Virus record (IMG/VR): IMGVR_UViG_3300049201_000008
Span: 1-64,000 of that record
Direction: 5' to 3' (one strand)
Source: a virus
Taxonomy: Duplodnaviria; Caudoviricetes
DNA length: 64,000 bases
Of the stretch, positions 51,713-60,193 are shown piece by piece. The notes under the pieces were generated by a model. That model was not told the DNA's origin. It did no database searches and saw nothing but the letters and a program-made list of their open reading frames with translations. A program made the position numbers and the translations under genes. Positions within the stretch are counted from its first letter, which is position 1, and each line of letters opens with the position of its first letter.

Positions 51713-52036
51713 ATGCCCTGCCCCGTCTGCCGAAAGCTTCTCAGCGATGGATTGGACTTATGTGTCAGGGCGAGGAAGATGGACGCCATCGATAGGCGCG
51801 AAAGCACATTGGCTGCCTCGAAATGCCGTGATGAGTGGGAAGGGAGCGCCCTTTTCGAAGAGTATGTAGCCGAGCATAATGCTGATCCGGAGTTCTGGTA
51901 CAAGCAAATCGAAACCCGCAGCCTGACAATCCCAATCTGGTTTCAGGATCAATACGAAAAGGATCTGGCGATATGGGAGCAGGAGTCGAGGAAGCATCTC
52001 TTGGCCGGCTGTGAAAACGGAGAGACTTTGCGATGA
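51713..52036 (+). CDS. Hypothetical protein
   Basis: 107 aa, N-terminal CPVC. Confidence 0.6.
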   Translation: MPCPVCRKLLSDGLDLCVRARKMDAIDRRESTLAASKCRDEWEGSALFEEYVAEHNADPEFWYKQIETRSLTIPIWFQDQYEKDLAIWEQESRKHLLAGCENGETLR

Positions 52037-52140
52037 GGTTCCGCAACGACTCCGAAATCATCTGGAAAATCGTCATCTTCACCGCACCTATTGTGGTTTT
52101 GGTTGCGATCGTCGGTAAGATGCTTGGGTGGGATCAGTGA
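52033..52140 (+). CDS. Small single-TM peptide (35 aa)
   Basis: IIWKIVIFTAPIVVLVAIVGKML; overlaps both neighbours. Confidence 0.5.
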   Translation: MRFRNDSEIIWKIVIFTAPIVVLVAIVGKMLGWDQ

Positions 52141-52364
52141 GCGACGTTTATTCACCCGGCTATGTCCAATTCCTCCGTGGCCGGAAGATGCGCCGCGATG
52201 GGCTGCCCTGCCCTCCAAAGGCTGACGAAGAGATCGATCCTCAAGCACAGTCGCCAGAAGCAATGTTGTGGATCGGCTACCGGATCGAGATGTGGCAAGA
52301 GTGGGACGAGAGGAAAAGGATAGCCGAGATGCTCGGCATGCCAGAACCGGAGTGGAGAGAATGA
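52137..52364 (+). CDS. Hypothetical protein
   Basis: GTG start, 75 aa. Confidence 0.55.
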   Translation: MSDVYSPGYVQFLRGRKMRRDGLPCPPKADEEIDPQAQSPEAMLWIGYRIEMWQEWDERKRIAEMLGMPEPEWRE

Positions 52365-52744
52365 CGCGCGTGCTTGTTTGCGGCGGACGAAACTTCTCAG
52401 ATCGCGAACTGCTTCGAAAGACGCTGGACGATTTGAAGCCGTCCCTCATAATCGAAGGCGGCGCCCGTGGAGCAGATTGGATGGCGATGACGTGGGCGAT
52501 TGATTGCGCTGTTCCGCGGATGCGCTTCGATGCGGAGTGGGGCGATATCAGTCATCCAGACGCCCGTATCAAGACAGACAAAAGCGGCTACCGTTACGAC
52601 GCCAATGCAGGGCCGCGACGTAACCAGCGCATGATCGATGAAGGAAAGCCGGATCTGGTGCTGGCCTTCGCCGGAGGCTCAGGGACCGCGGATTGTGTCC
52701 GCCGCGCCAAGCGGGCCGGTATCGAGGTTATGGAAATCAATTAG
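52361..52744 (+). CDS. SLOG-family protein (DUF2493/YspA-like)
   Basis: VLVCGGRNF, IIEGGARGAD, AGPRRNQRM, LAFAGGSGT. Confidence 0.9.
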   Translation: MTRVLVCGGRNFSDRELLRKTLDDLKPSLIIEGGARGADWMAMTWAIDCAVPRMRFDAEWGDISHPDARIKTDKSGYRYDANAGPRRNQRMIDEGKPDLVLAFAGGSGTADCVRRAKRAGIEVMEIN

Positions 52745-52784
52745 TGGAAGAGATCGGCGTGAAGCCGTGGAAGGCTGGTTGGGA

Positions 52785-53132
52785 ATGAGCTACCGCAAGA
52801 TCACTGTCGACGGGCAGACATACGAATATATGATCGGCAAATCCAACCTGAAGGTTCAAGGATTCCCGGCGGTGGACTTTTCGACTCTCACCGGCTGGAC
52901 TTGGGGTGCGATCGAAAAAGCCCAATGGAAGCGCAGCTTCAGCATCAAGCCGGCTGAAGTTGCTGACTTCATTCGAAGCGCAATCAAACGCCGCGAACAG
53001 ATGCTCGACATCATGCGCTCCGCAGTGGAGAATACCGCCAAAAGGCCGCCGGGCTGTCGCGGACCCTACGTAATCCCCGATGAACAGTTGCAGATGCCGT
53101 GGAAGGAGGCTGAAGATGTCGACAATGGTTGA
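52785..53132 (+). CDS. Hypothetical protein
   Basis: RKITVDGQTYEYMIG motif. Confidence 0.65.
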   Translation: MSYRKITVDGQTYEYMIGKSNLKVQGFPAVDFSTLTGWTWGAIEKAQWKRSFSIKPAEVADFIRSAIKRREQMLDIMRSAVENTAKRPPGCRGPYVIPDEQLQMPWKEAEDVDNG

Positions 53133-53364
53133 GCGAGTAGCCGCGAGTATCTTGGCCAAAGTGCCAGATGGCTACGGCATGACGAAACAGGAAGCTATGG
53201 AATATGCCGTCACGGCAATCGGCGCCATGAGAAACCATACGAGCGCAATGGATTCCGCTGGCTACGACGCCTATCCTTCGTCCGTCATCCGAACCGGCGT
53301 TGACCATCTCGACATATACCGGGCAATGATCGACGCAGCCCTGAACGAGAAGCAGTCGCCATGA
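53116..53364 (+). CDS. Hypothetical protein
   Basis: MVERVA...YRAMIDAAL motif. Confidence 0.7.
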   Translation: MSTMVERVAASILAKVPDGYGMTKQEAMEYAVTAIGAMRNHTSAMDSAGYDAYPSSVIRTGVDHLDIYRAMIDAALNEKQSP

Positions 53365-53708
53365 CATCCGAACCCGATCCCACCCTCTCCCGCTTCATCG
53401 CCCTCCTGAAGGAACTAGGAGGCGCTCGGCTTGCATCTGGCGAGCATCCAAACAAAGAGCTTGTCGAAGATGTCCAGCGGCTGATTGGGGAACTGAAGGG
53501 GATGTTCCCGCAATGGGAGCCGATAGAGACGGCTCCGCGTGACGGGACTCGCGTACTCGCTTATGTCCCTGAATACAGCGATATCCCCATTGTGGCGGCC
53601 TATAGCCTTGAAGATCAGGTGTGGATGACGACGCATTTTGAATGGCTGACGTGGGCGCCCACGCATTGGATGCCTCTTCCCGAAGGGCCGAAAGGAGAGC
53701 AGAAATGA
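53361..53708 (+). CDS. DUF551-like protein
   Basis: WEPIETAPRDGT...PTHWMPLP. Confidence 0.8.
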   Translation: MTSEPDPTLSRFIALLKELGGARLASGEHPNKELVEDVQRLIGELKGMFPQWEPIETAPRDGTRVLAYVPEYSDIPIVAAYSLEDQVWMTTHFEWLTWAPTHWMPLPEGPKGEQK

Positions 53709-54022
53709 AAGCAACATCGCTTGAACAATCATATGTCATGAACATGCGCCGCCAGCGTGCGGAAGCATTGTCGCATCTGACAATGCAGAAAATTCAGGAG
53801 TTCATCCATCCTGACGATCGAAAACATGCTCACTATGCGCTCTTGAATTTGTTCATGGATAAAGGCTTTGACGTCGTAACTGACGAGATGCGAGAGAGGG
53901 CCGGGCTGGAGCCGCGTGGCGAATTGGGATGGACCGAGCGGGAGTTGCATGTCATCGAAAACGTGAGGATTCTCGAAATGCTCAAGCCGGCATCCGCAAC
54001 ACTTCCATTATCTGGGCTATGA
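53705..54022 (+). CDS. Hypothetical protein
   Basis: 105 aa, coupled. Confidence 0.65.
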   Translation: MKATSLEQSYVMNMRRQRAEALSHLTMQKIQEFIHPDDRKHAHYALLNLFMDKGFDVVTDEMRERAGLEPRGELGWTERELHVIENVRILEMLKPASATLPLSGL

Positions 54023-54273
54023 CCCGAGAGCGCCAACTCAAATACGAATGGCGTCGTACCTGGGAGGATCAGCCACACGATTTCACAGGCTGGGACGGCG
54101 ATTGGCAGATCGGCCGCGTCCACCGTCACCACATGAAGAACTGGATATGGACTATGTGGTTTGACGCCGGAGGCCCCGTAGAGGTGAGCAGCAACGGCAC
54201 CCATGAGGATAAGATTGGCGCATGCAAAGAGGTTGAGGCGGCATACGATGCCGAGAAAGGGAAACGAAAATGA
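54019..54273 (+). CDS. Trp-rich hypothetical protein
   Basis: WRRTW...DFTGWDG...IGRV...W.W. Confidence 0.65.
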   Translation: MTRERQLKYEWRRTWEDQPHDFTGWDGDWQIGRVHRHHMKNWIWTMWFDAGGPVEVSSNGTHEDKIGACKEVEAAYDAEKGKRK

Positions 54274-54593
54274 AACCGCCAAAGAGAGTGGAAGTTCGTA
54301 ACACTGAGTCTGAACAAGGATTTACCTTGCCATTGAAGGATTTTGTAGAGCAACTTCGGCTAGATCTCGAATCCGTGCCGCCAGAGCATAGAGACGCTGC
54401 TTGGGTCAGCTTCAACCCTTTTGTTCAGGGTTACGATGCCGCCGGATCGCGGATATCGGTATTTTACGAACGGCCCCGCACTGCGGAAGAAATAGCCGAA
54501 GAACAGCGGGCTAACGACGCTCGGAAGGCGCAGATGCTGGCAAACGCGAAAGAAAGTTACGAGAAGCTGAGGGAAGAGGTTGAAGGCGGCTGA
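54270..54593 (+). CDS. Hypothetical protein
   Basis: YERPRTAEE motif; last plus-strand gene. Confidence 0.65.
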   Translation: MKPPKRVEVRNTESEQGFTLPLKDFVEQLRLDLESVPPEHRDAAWVSFNPFVQGYDAAGSRISVFYERPRTAEEIAEEQRANDARKAQMLANAKESYEKLREEVEGG

Positions 54594-54599
54594 ACGACG

Positions 54600-54634
54600 A
54601 AAAAGCCCCGCCAACCACAAAGGGTCAGCGGGGC
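54600..54634 (-). terminator. Rho-independent terminator ending the late/lysis transcript
   Basis: GCCCCGCTGACC-loop-GGTTGGCGGGGC followed by a T-tract; lies between convergent genes. Confidence 0.8.
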
Positions 54635-54680
54635 GATAGTTGATGAGGCAGCGTCTAACTGCTGTGGGAGGCGAGAGTTC

Positions 54681-55205
54681 CTACCCGAACCGAGTGCCGG
54701 CGACGAACGCTATAATCATACCGAACACCACAAGGACGACTTTCCAGAAGCCGCCAGGAAACCGCGGACTGAGGATTTCATCGCTCGGGCTGGTGGCCAC
54801 GCGGAAGGCTCCTTTGGCGATCATGAACGCCCCAAGTGACGAATACCAAGTCAGGCTCCATGTTGCCGGCTGCCCGAAGTGATCCCAGATGAGACGATAC
54901 ATGCCGGTATAGAGCAGCCCGAGCCCGAGTTCGCAGGTTCCAAGAATCGCATGATGGGCACCGTATTTCCCCCGCTCCTGCCTCCACAGGATATCCCACG
55001 TCTTGCTGGCATATCGGAGGAACATGTAGCCGCCGGCCATGAGAAGCAGGATAGCAACGACCTTGAACACATATGGTTTTGGAGTGACTACCCCGATCCC
55101 GACATAGGCTCCGTAGACGATGAGGAGCGTCAGGAGCAGCCAGTTCCCGCGAAGATGGCTCATGATTCCCACCGTCCTTGTATCATTCGGTTTGCGTTTT
55201 CCCAC
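54681..55205 (-). CDS. Multi-pass membrane protein
   Basis: About 4-5 hydrophobic helices; end of lysis cassette. Confidence 0.7.
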   Translation of the reverse strand: MGKRKPNDTRTVGIMSHLRGNWLLLTLLIVYGAYVGIGVVTPKPYVFKVVAILLLMAGGYMFLRYASKTWDILWRQERGKYGAHHAILGTCELGLGLLYTGMYRLIWDHFGQPATWSLTWYSSLGAFMIAKGAFRVATSPSDEILSPRFPGGFWKVVLVVFGMIIAFVAGTRFG

Positions 55206-55363
55206 GTCAGCATGACGCGATCCCCGGCGCTCAAGCGCTGCACCGACTGGAGGAATTCACCTCGCTCCTGCTGGAGCAGACGGTGAGATGCTTCCTGTTC
55301 GGCGATCATTTCCGGCGTCGGCTTGATGTCGCCTACGAGCCATTTGCGCAGCAACCGCATCAT
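55160..55363 (-). CDS. Hypothetical protein (lysis cassette)
   Basis: 67 aa; overlaps upstream stop. Confidence 0.55.
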   Translation of the reverse strand: MMRLLRKWLVGDIKPTPEMIAEQEASHRLLQQERGEFLQSVQRLSAGDRVMLTWENANRMIQGRWES

Positions 55364-55656
55364 GCGTTCTTCCTCAGAACTTCCCGGATGGTGGTTTGCA
55401 TTTCCTTGACACTGTCCTGCAGTCCTTCGACGGACTTCGTGACATGCGCCATATTGCGGTAATCCTCACGCTGTTCAGCCCTCGTCTTGTCGTGGGCTTC
55501 CCGTTCCGATTTGAAATCTTCTTTCAACTCTTTGATGATCCCGCCGTAGAAGCGGCTCTGCCAGACGATCGCGATGAGAAGCAGGATGATGACGCCGCCC
55601 AGGACGGGGCTCGCATCAGTGAATCCCTTTATCGCTGTCCCGATGCTTTCTTCCAT
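55360..55656 (-). CDS. Single-TM coiled-coil protein (holin/hemolysin-like)
   Basis: VLGGVIILLLIAIVW followed by heptads. Confidence 0.6.
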   Translation of the reverse strand: MEESIGTAIKGFTDASPVLGGVIILLLIAIVWQSRFYGGIIKELKEDFKSEREAHDKTRAEQREDYRNMAHVTKSVEGLQDSVKEMQTTIREVLRKNA

Positions 55657-55679
55657 GCTTGCGCCGCTTAATTGCTAAA

Positions 55680-56135
55680 TCAAAGAGTATGACGAGGGCT
55701 ATGAAGACGAGAATAGAAACGATGAAAACGACTTCCCTCATGCCTTCCCACCGTATCGATGATGCCGGTTCCGGCTATGGAGAGAAGCGCTCCGGCGTTG
55801 CAGGCCTCTAGGAGCGCGGCATATACCCAATCCTCTTGGATAGCCCCGCCGATACGAAGCACGCTCGAAAACACCGAGGCAAGGAAGCCGATGGCGATCC
55901 CGAGTTCCCAATCCTCGCGATAGGAACTGATGACGAGAACGCACACCAGCGCGTCACAACTGAACGTGAGGATCGGATGCATTTCAGGATGATCGCCATA
56001 GTCCAGAAACAGCGTCGTGACGAAGAATGAAGCCCCGCCCGCAGCTATCCACCACCAGGCCCTAGGAACGCGCCAGGAGAGCGCCATGGCGATCAGAGCA
56101 AGGAAGATAAGCGAGTATGTCCACGGGCTGCTCAT
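55680..56135 (-). CDS. Multi-pass membrane protein
   Basis: About 5 TM, 151 aa. Confidence 0.7.
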   Translation of the reverse strand: MSSPWTYSLIFLALIAMALSWRVPRAWWWIAAGGASFFVTTLFLDYGDHPEMHPILTFSCDALVCVLVISSYREDWELGIAIGFLASVFSSVLRIGGAIQEDWVYAALLEACNAGALLSIAGTGIIDTVGRHEGSRFHRFYSRLHSPRHTL

Positions 56136-56162
56136 TGTCGTTCCCCTCGAATCTGGAGTTGG

Positions 56163-56501
56163 CTAGCGTCCACCACCCTCTGTATGAACACCACCGATCG
56201 GAATGCCGCCAGCAGTGGTGACGCTGCCGAGATCGGCGCCCGCGGCAATGCATGCATCCGTCTGCTTGCGATGGAGTTCGGAAAAAAGGAGTGCCGAAGA
56301 TGCGACAGAACCTTGGGCTTGGCGCGCTTCTGCAATGATGCTTTTCGCGGCGATGCCCTGCACCATGCCGAGCTTGATGCCGGATTCGGTGATCTTGGTG
56401 AGTTTGCCGGCCCATTCGTAGGCTTTCGCCAGGTGTTTATCGAGTTGGGCCTGAGCCTCAACGCCAGCAGTTACGACGCCTTCAATGGTATCCAGTGCCA
56501 T
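56163..56501 (-). CDS. Hypothetical protein
   Basis: 112 aa Ala/Gly-rich; AAAGGA RBS. Confidence 0.6.
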   Translation of the reverse strand: MALDTIEGVVTAGVEAQAQLDKHLAKAYEWAGKLTKITESGIKLGMVQGIAAKSIIAEARQAQGSVASSALLFSELHRKQTDACIAAGADLGSVTTAGGIPIGGVHTEGGGR

Positions 56502-56525
56502 GGTGACTGTCCTTTTGTGCGCGGG

Positions 56526-56894
56526 TTATTTGGCCGATGGCGGCACGACAATGTTGGGCTGGCTGTCAGGAGTCTGGATCACAACGGGCGCGCTCGCTGG
56601 GATTTGCTTGTCGACTTCCTTGGCAACTGCCGCCGCCTTGTCTGAGCTGGACTTAGTCATCGTCGCATAGATAGGCGCGATGAGAGCAACAAGTCCCGCG
56701 ATGGCCGCAATCAGTTCAGGTAGCCGTCCGCTGATCTTATCGACTACCTCAGTAATGCGAGCCACTTGCTCCGGCGTGAGAGCGCCAATGGTGGCGAGGA
56801 TGAAAACCAGCGAGCCGACAATCGTCGTGATGTAGCGGATAGCTACGCTAGGCGCTGTGGCGGATGTGAATAGGTTTGTGATGCCCTTGAGCAT
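56526..56894 (-). CDS. Putative holin
   Basis: Two TM segments, directly after endolysin; GAGGA RBS. Confidence 0.6.
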   Translation of the reverse strand: MLKGITNLFTSATAPSVAIRYITTIVGSLVFILATIGALTPEQVARITEVVDKISGRLPELIAAIAGLVALIAPIYATMTKSSSDKAAAVAKEVDKQIPASAPVVIQTPDSQPNIVVPPSAK

Positions 56895-56919
56895 GGTGGA
56901 GTCCTCTGTGGTGAGAAAT

Positions 56920-57651
56920 TTAAGCTGCGAGCTTGGCCAGCGTCTTCGGCCCTGCGATGCCATCGGCAACCAATCCCGCCGATTTTTGATAGGCGATCAG
57001 CGCCGCCTCAGTGCCGTAACCGAACACGCCATCCGGCTTGCCCGGCTGAAATCCGCACCGGATGAGATCGCGCTGGAGATTGGCAACCGCCTCGCCACGT
57101 TCGCCGCGCCTCAAGACACCATCTGACATAGCGTCATCTGGAGGCATGGAAACGCTTCCGCCTGACGCATACTTGCCCGTGGAGAGCAATCGGGCTTCAT
57201 CTGCCCTGCGGCTCACAAGGCCAGCCAAACGCTTTCCTTGAGCGGTAATGGCCGTGTTCTTCAGCTTTTCAGCGGCGCCCGCATAGTCGCCTGCCTTGGC
57301 GAGTTGAGCCCACTGCCAGGTAAGCGCCCCTGCCCCACAGTTGAACACCATCGATGTCATCGCGTCGAAAACATTCTGAGCCACGGGCTTACCGAGGAAC
57401 TTGTTCACCGCCGCACCGTATTCGCCATCGGCAAGGGCTACGAGCGCGTCATCGGCTTCAGCCCTTGTCATGGTGGCGCCCGGCGCAAAAGCCTGTCCTG
57501 GGCGATGTGCGTCCCACCATTTCTTGAAGGACGATGATCGCATAGTGAAGCCGACACCAATCGTAGCGATTCCGACAGGATCGCTATACCAGTGATCAAC
57601 GAAGCCCTCGTGCAGACGGATATCCGCTGCGCCCTGTGCTGACAGTCGCAT
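56920..57651 (-). CDS. Endolysin: GH24 lysozyme + peptidoglycan-binding domain
   Basis: HEG...YSDPVGIATIGVG, FNCG, GLVSRRADE; C-terminal LRRGERG..V..LQ...DGVFG..T. Confidence 0.93.
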   Translation of the reverse strand: MRLSAQGAADIRLHEGFVDHWYSDPVGIATIGVGFTMRSSSFKKWWDAHRPGQAFAPGATMTRAEADDALVALADGEYGAAVNKFLGKPVAQNVFDAMTSMVFNCGAGALTWQWAQLAKAGDYAGAAEKLKNTAITAQGKRLAGLVSRRADEARLLSTGKYASGGSVSMPPDDAMSDGVLRRGERGEAVANLQRDLIRCGFQPGKPDGVFGYGTEAALIAYQKSAGLVADGIAGPKTLAKLAA

Positions 57652-57683
57652 GACAATGTTTCCTGATTTTAGGTTGGATTAAT

Positions 57684-58454
57684 TCACGCGCCGACTGCGC
57701 TCATCCACTGAGTAACGATCGTGTTGAGGGCGGCATGCTGCGGCGAAGTCAGTGCCGCTCCGAATGCGGCAAACGAAATCTGCGACGAGCTGAAGCCGAC
57801 TGCATTGGCAGCGCCTATCCAGATCGAGGCGTTGCTCATTGACGTGGATGTCGCTGTGGGGGTGTTCACGCTGACACCAGCGACATATCGGTTGAAGTTG
57901 GCAGAGCCGAGGCGGCGTGCGGCAAACAGTCCTGTCTTGGTCACCCCGATATCGAAGGTCGAGGATGAGCCATCATTGACTTTTCCGGCAAACAGGGTGC
58001 CTGTGCCCGGTAGCCCGATATATGCTTGGGCATTACCCATGACCGGCCTGTTTGACCCGCCAGTGGCAACTCGTTGATAAAGAGCCAGGGTTACGTTGTC
58101 CTGTGTGAACTTTGGGGCTATCGCCGTGGTCGGGTTGAACCCGGTATCGAGATAACTCGTTGATTGATCGCCGGTATACCCTCGATCCGCGACAAATGCT
58201 GGGGAATTGACACCGGAGAGATTATATTGGTCGGCAATCCAATTGCGGGTAGCGGCCTGGCTGTCAGCCGCGGCAGTAAAATACAGCCCATCAAGCAGAG
58301 GCCATATCCCCGCCGCCTTTAGCGAGCGTATCGTCTGGTTGATGAGTTTTGCCCTCGTGTCTGTGGGCACCGTTGAGAACCGCGCAAAGAGCGCCAGCGT
58401 TTCCCGCAGATAGCCGCCACCCGAGAGTGCTGCCCCTAATGCTCCATTAAACAC
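57684..58454 (-). CDS. Virion fibre/adhesin-like protein
   Basis: 256 aa, Gly/Ser/Thr-rich lectin-like C-terminal region. Confidence 0.55.
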   Translation of the reverse strand: MFNGALGAALSGGGYLRETLALFARFSTVPTDTRAKLINQTIRSLKAAGIWPLLDGLYFTAAADSQAATRNWIADQYNLSGVNSPAFVADRGYTGDQSTSYLDTGFNPTTAIAPKFTQDNVTLALYQRVATGGSNRPVMGNAQAYIGLPGTGTLFAGKVNDGSSSTFDIGVTKTGLFAARRLGSANFNRYVAGVSVNTPTATSTSMSNASIWIGAANAVGFSSSQISFAAFGAALTSPQHAALNTIVTQWMSAVGA

Positions 58455-59106
58455 GGCCTTGGAACCCCTTGAGGAGCGGAATGATCGTGGTAGAATTGGC
58501 AGACGGCGTAAAACCTGAAGCGCTGATCACCTTGTATTGCACCCACAATGTTTTTGCCCCGATTGCAGGCGGAATCACAACGACTCCCAAAGGAGTGTTG
58601 TCGCCATCAACCGGCCGGCATATTGCCTTGCCTCCATCCGAGAAAGCCACGAACGTGCCACGGAAGCGAGCGCGGGAGCCTGCCTTCTTGTTCGAGAACG
58701 CAGCGTTATCTCCGCCACCCACGCCGCTGTTCGCCGTTGGATCCGAGTTATAAACGAAAACATCTACGGTGATCCCGGCGGCGAGACCCGTATCGTTGGT
58801 GTCCAGTTCTATTTCGGTCAGCGCGACCGGAGCATCATTGATATCCGAAACCGTCACCGGCAGTGCTGTCACGCTGCCAGCGGTGGCGTTGTCGGAGATA
58901 CTGTCACCGGCTGCATACGCCGTGGTGTTTGCCGGCCTCGTCAATGTCGTGCCTAGCACGGAAATCATGCGATCCGCGCCGATCGCTCCATGGTTCCCAC
59001 TTGAATCGACAACTATGTGTTCCGGGTAAAGGACGCTGCCGATATCCTTCGCCGCGATGGTGACCGGCGCATTCGTGCGGTCGGCAATGCCTACATTGTC
59101 TGTCAT
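58447..59106 (-). CDS. Virion structural (fibre/decoration-like) protein
   Basis: TLTRPANTTAYAAGD motif; beta-rich. Confidence 0.55.
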   Translation of the reverse strand: MTDNVGIADRTNAPVTIAAKDIGSVLYPEHIVVDSSGNHGAIGADRMISVLGTTLTRPANTTAYAAGDSISDNATAGSVTALPVTVSDINDAPVALTEIELDTNDTGLAAGITVDVFVYNSDPTANSGVGGGDNAAFSNKKAGSRARFRGTFVAFSDGGKAICRPVDGDNTPLGVVVIPPAIGAKTLWVQYKVISASGFTPSANSTTIIPLLKGFQGRV

Positions 59107-59118
59107 CGATCAGTCCTT

Positions 59119-59241
59119 TCAGAACAGCAGCAGAATGTATTGGGAATTGATGGGCCGGCTGAAAATGAAGCCGTTAGGCCCTGCCGACATCTCGACGGCG
59201 GAAGAGCCCAGGGCGACCCCGAGCATCAAGTTGATTGTCAT
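59119..59241 (-). CDS. Small structural-type peptide (40 aa)
   Basis: MTINLMLGVALGSS...; AAAGG RBS. Confidence 0.45.
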   Translation of the reverse strand: MTINLMLGVALGSSAVEMSAGPNGFIFSRPINSQYILLLF

Positions 59242-59260
59242 GAGAAGACCTTTCCTTTGG

Positions 59261-59290
59261 AAAAGAAAAAGGCCCGCCAGAGCGAGCCTT
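59261..59290 (-). terminator. Rho-independent terminator after the GT61/MTase cassette
   Basis: AAGGCTCGC-TCTG-GCGGGCCTT followed by a T-rich tract. Confidence 0.75.
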
Positions 59291-59314
59291 AATGTCTGTC
59301 ATTCCATGTGTTCT

Positions 59315-59494
59315 TCAGCGCGTTGCGGTTGCCAGATGATCCACGCGCTGGATTTCAATCCGGTAAGTCGGAAAGCGTAATTTTTCGAGGAGCTGAGCGA
59401 GCAGCCCGCCTTCATCGCTTGCTTCGATGGTAAAGACTCGCGTTGCTATTGATTGGTTTTGCGTGTCTTCGTAAAGGGTAACCAACCACCTCAT
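59315..59494 (-). CDS. Hypothetical protein (59 aa, not in ORF track)
   Basis: MRWLVTLYED...; ATGA-coupled to the MTase stop. Confidence 0.5.
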   Translation of the reverse strand: MRWLVTLYEDTQNQSIATRVFTIEASDEGGLLAQLLEKLRFPTYRIEIQRVDHLATATR

Positions 59495-60171
59495 GACTTG
59501 GTGGCTACGACGCGAGCCAGCACGTCGTCCAGGCTGGCGAACCTGAATGATTGTTTTGATAGCAGCATAGCGTCAAATGATAGCCCGCCGATCGAGGATG
59601 CCTGCCGCTCAGGCACTTGCTGACGCGTCTCGCGCCAAACGACTGTCTGAGGCTGACTGCCCGATTCGACGGTTGCGTAGGACCACTGTTGGAAAAAGGC
59701 CTCGATAAAGTAGACGAGTTTGTAGACGTCACCCATCCACGCCCTGTCTGTAAGGCCAAGCTCCTTACGAACCTTCGCCGTGCGCCCGAAATCCCTCAGG
59801 GAAGCATGAAAGGAATCTGGCATCACATCGTCAATCAGGATGACGCCGCCCGCGTTAAGCCTCTCGATCGAACTGGTGAAGTCTTTGAGCGTTTGTTCGA
59901 AGGTATGCAGTCCGTCGAGAAAAATGAGATCGAATTTTTCGACAAGGTTCGGATTTCCGAAATACTCATCGCTCGGCACCTCGTGAAACGAGCAGTGGGT
60001 ATGTTCTTTTGCTGCGCCCTGCCAATCGAACATGAACGTTGGATCGACCGCCACCTTGCGCCCCGCCTTCGCCGCCAGGAAGGTAACTCCGGTTTGAACG
60101 CCGACTTCCAGATACGAAGGATTTGGGCCAAGTTCTGCTAGAATAGCGTTGACCACATCCACGCGCGCCAT
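59491..60171 (-). CDS. Class I SAM-dependent methyltransferase (Methyltransf_24-like, non-DNA)
   Basis: YLEVGVQTG, VAVDP, FDLIFLDGLHTFE, GGVILIDDV. Confidence 0.88.
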   Translation of the reverse strand: MARVDVVNAILAELGPNPSYLEVGVQTGVTFLAAKAGRKVAVDPTFMFDWQGAAKEHTHCSFHEVPSDEYFGNPNLVEKFDLIFLDGLHTFEQTLKDFTSSIERLNAGGVILIDDVMPDSFHASLRDFGRTAKVRKELGLTDRAWMGDVYKLVYFIEAFFQQWSYATVESGSQPQTVVWRETRQQVPERQASSIGGLSFDAMLLSKQSFRFASLDDVLARVVATKS

Positions 60172-60193
60172 ATTTTCCCTCCACGACTAAAGA

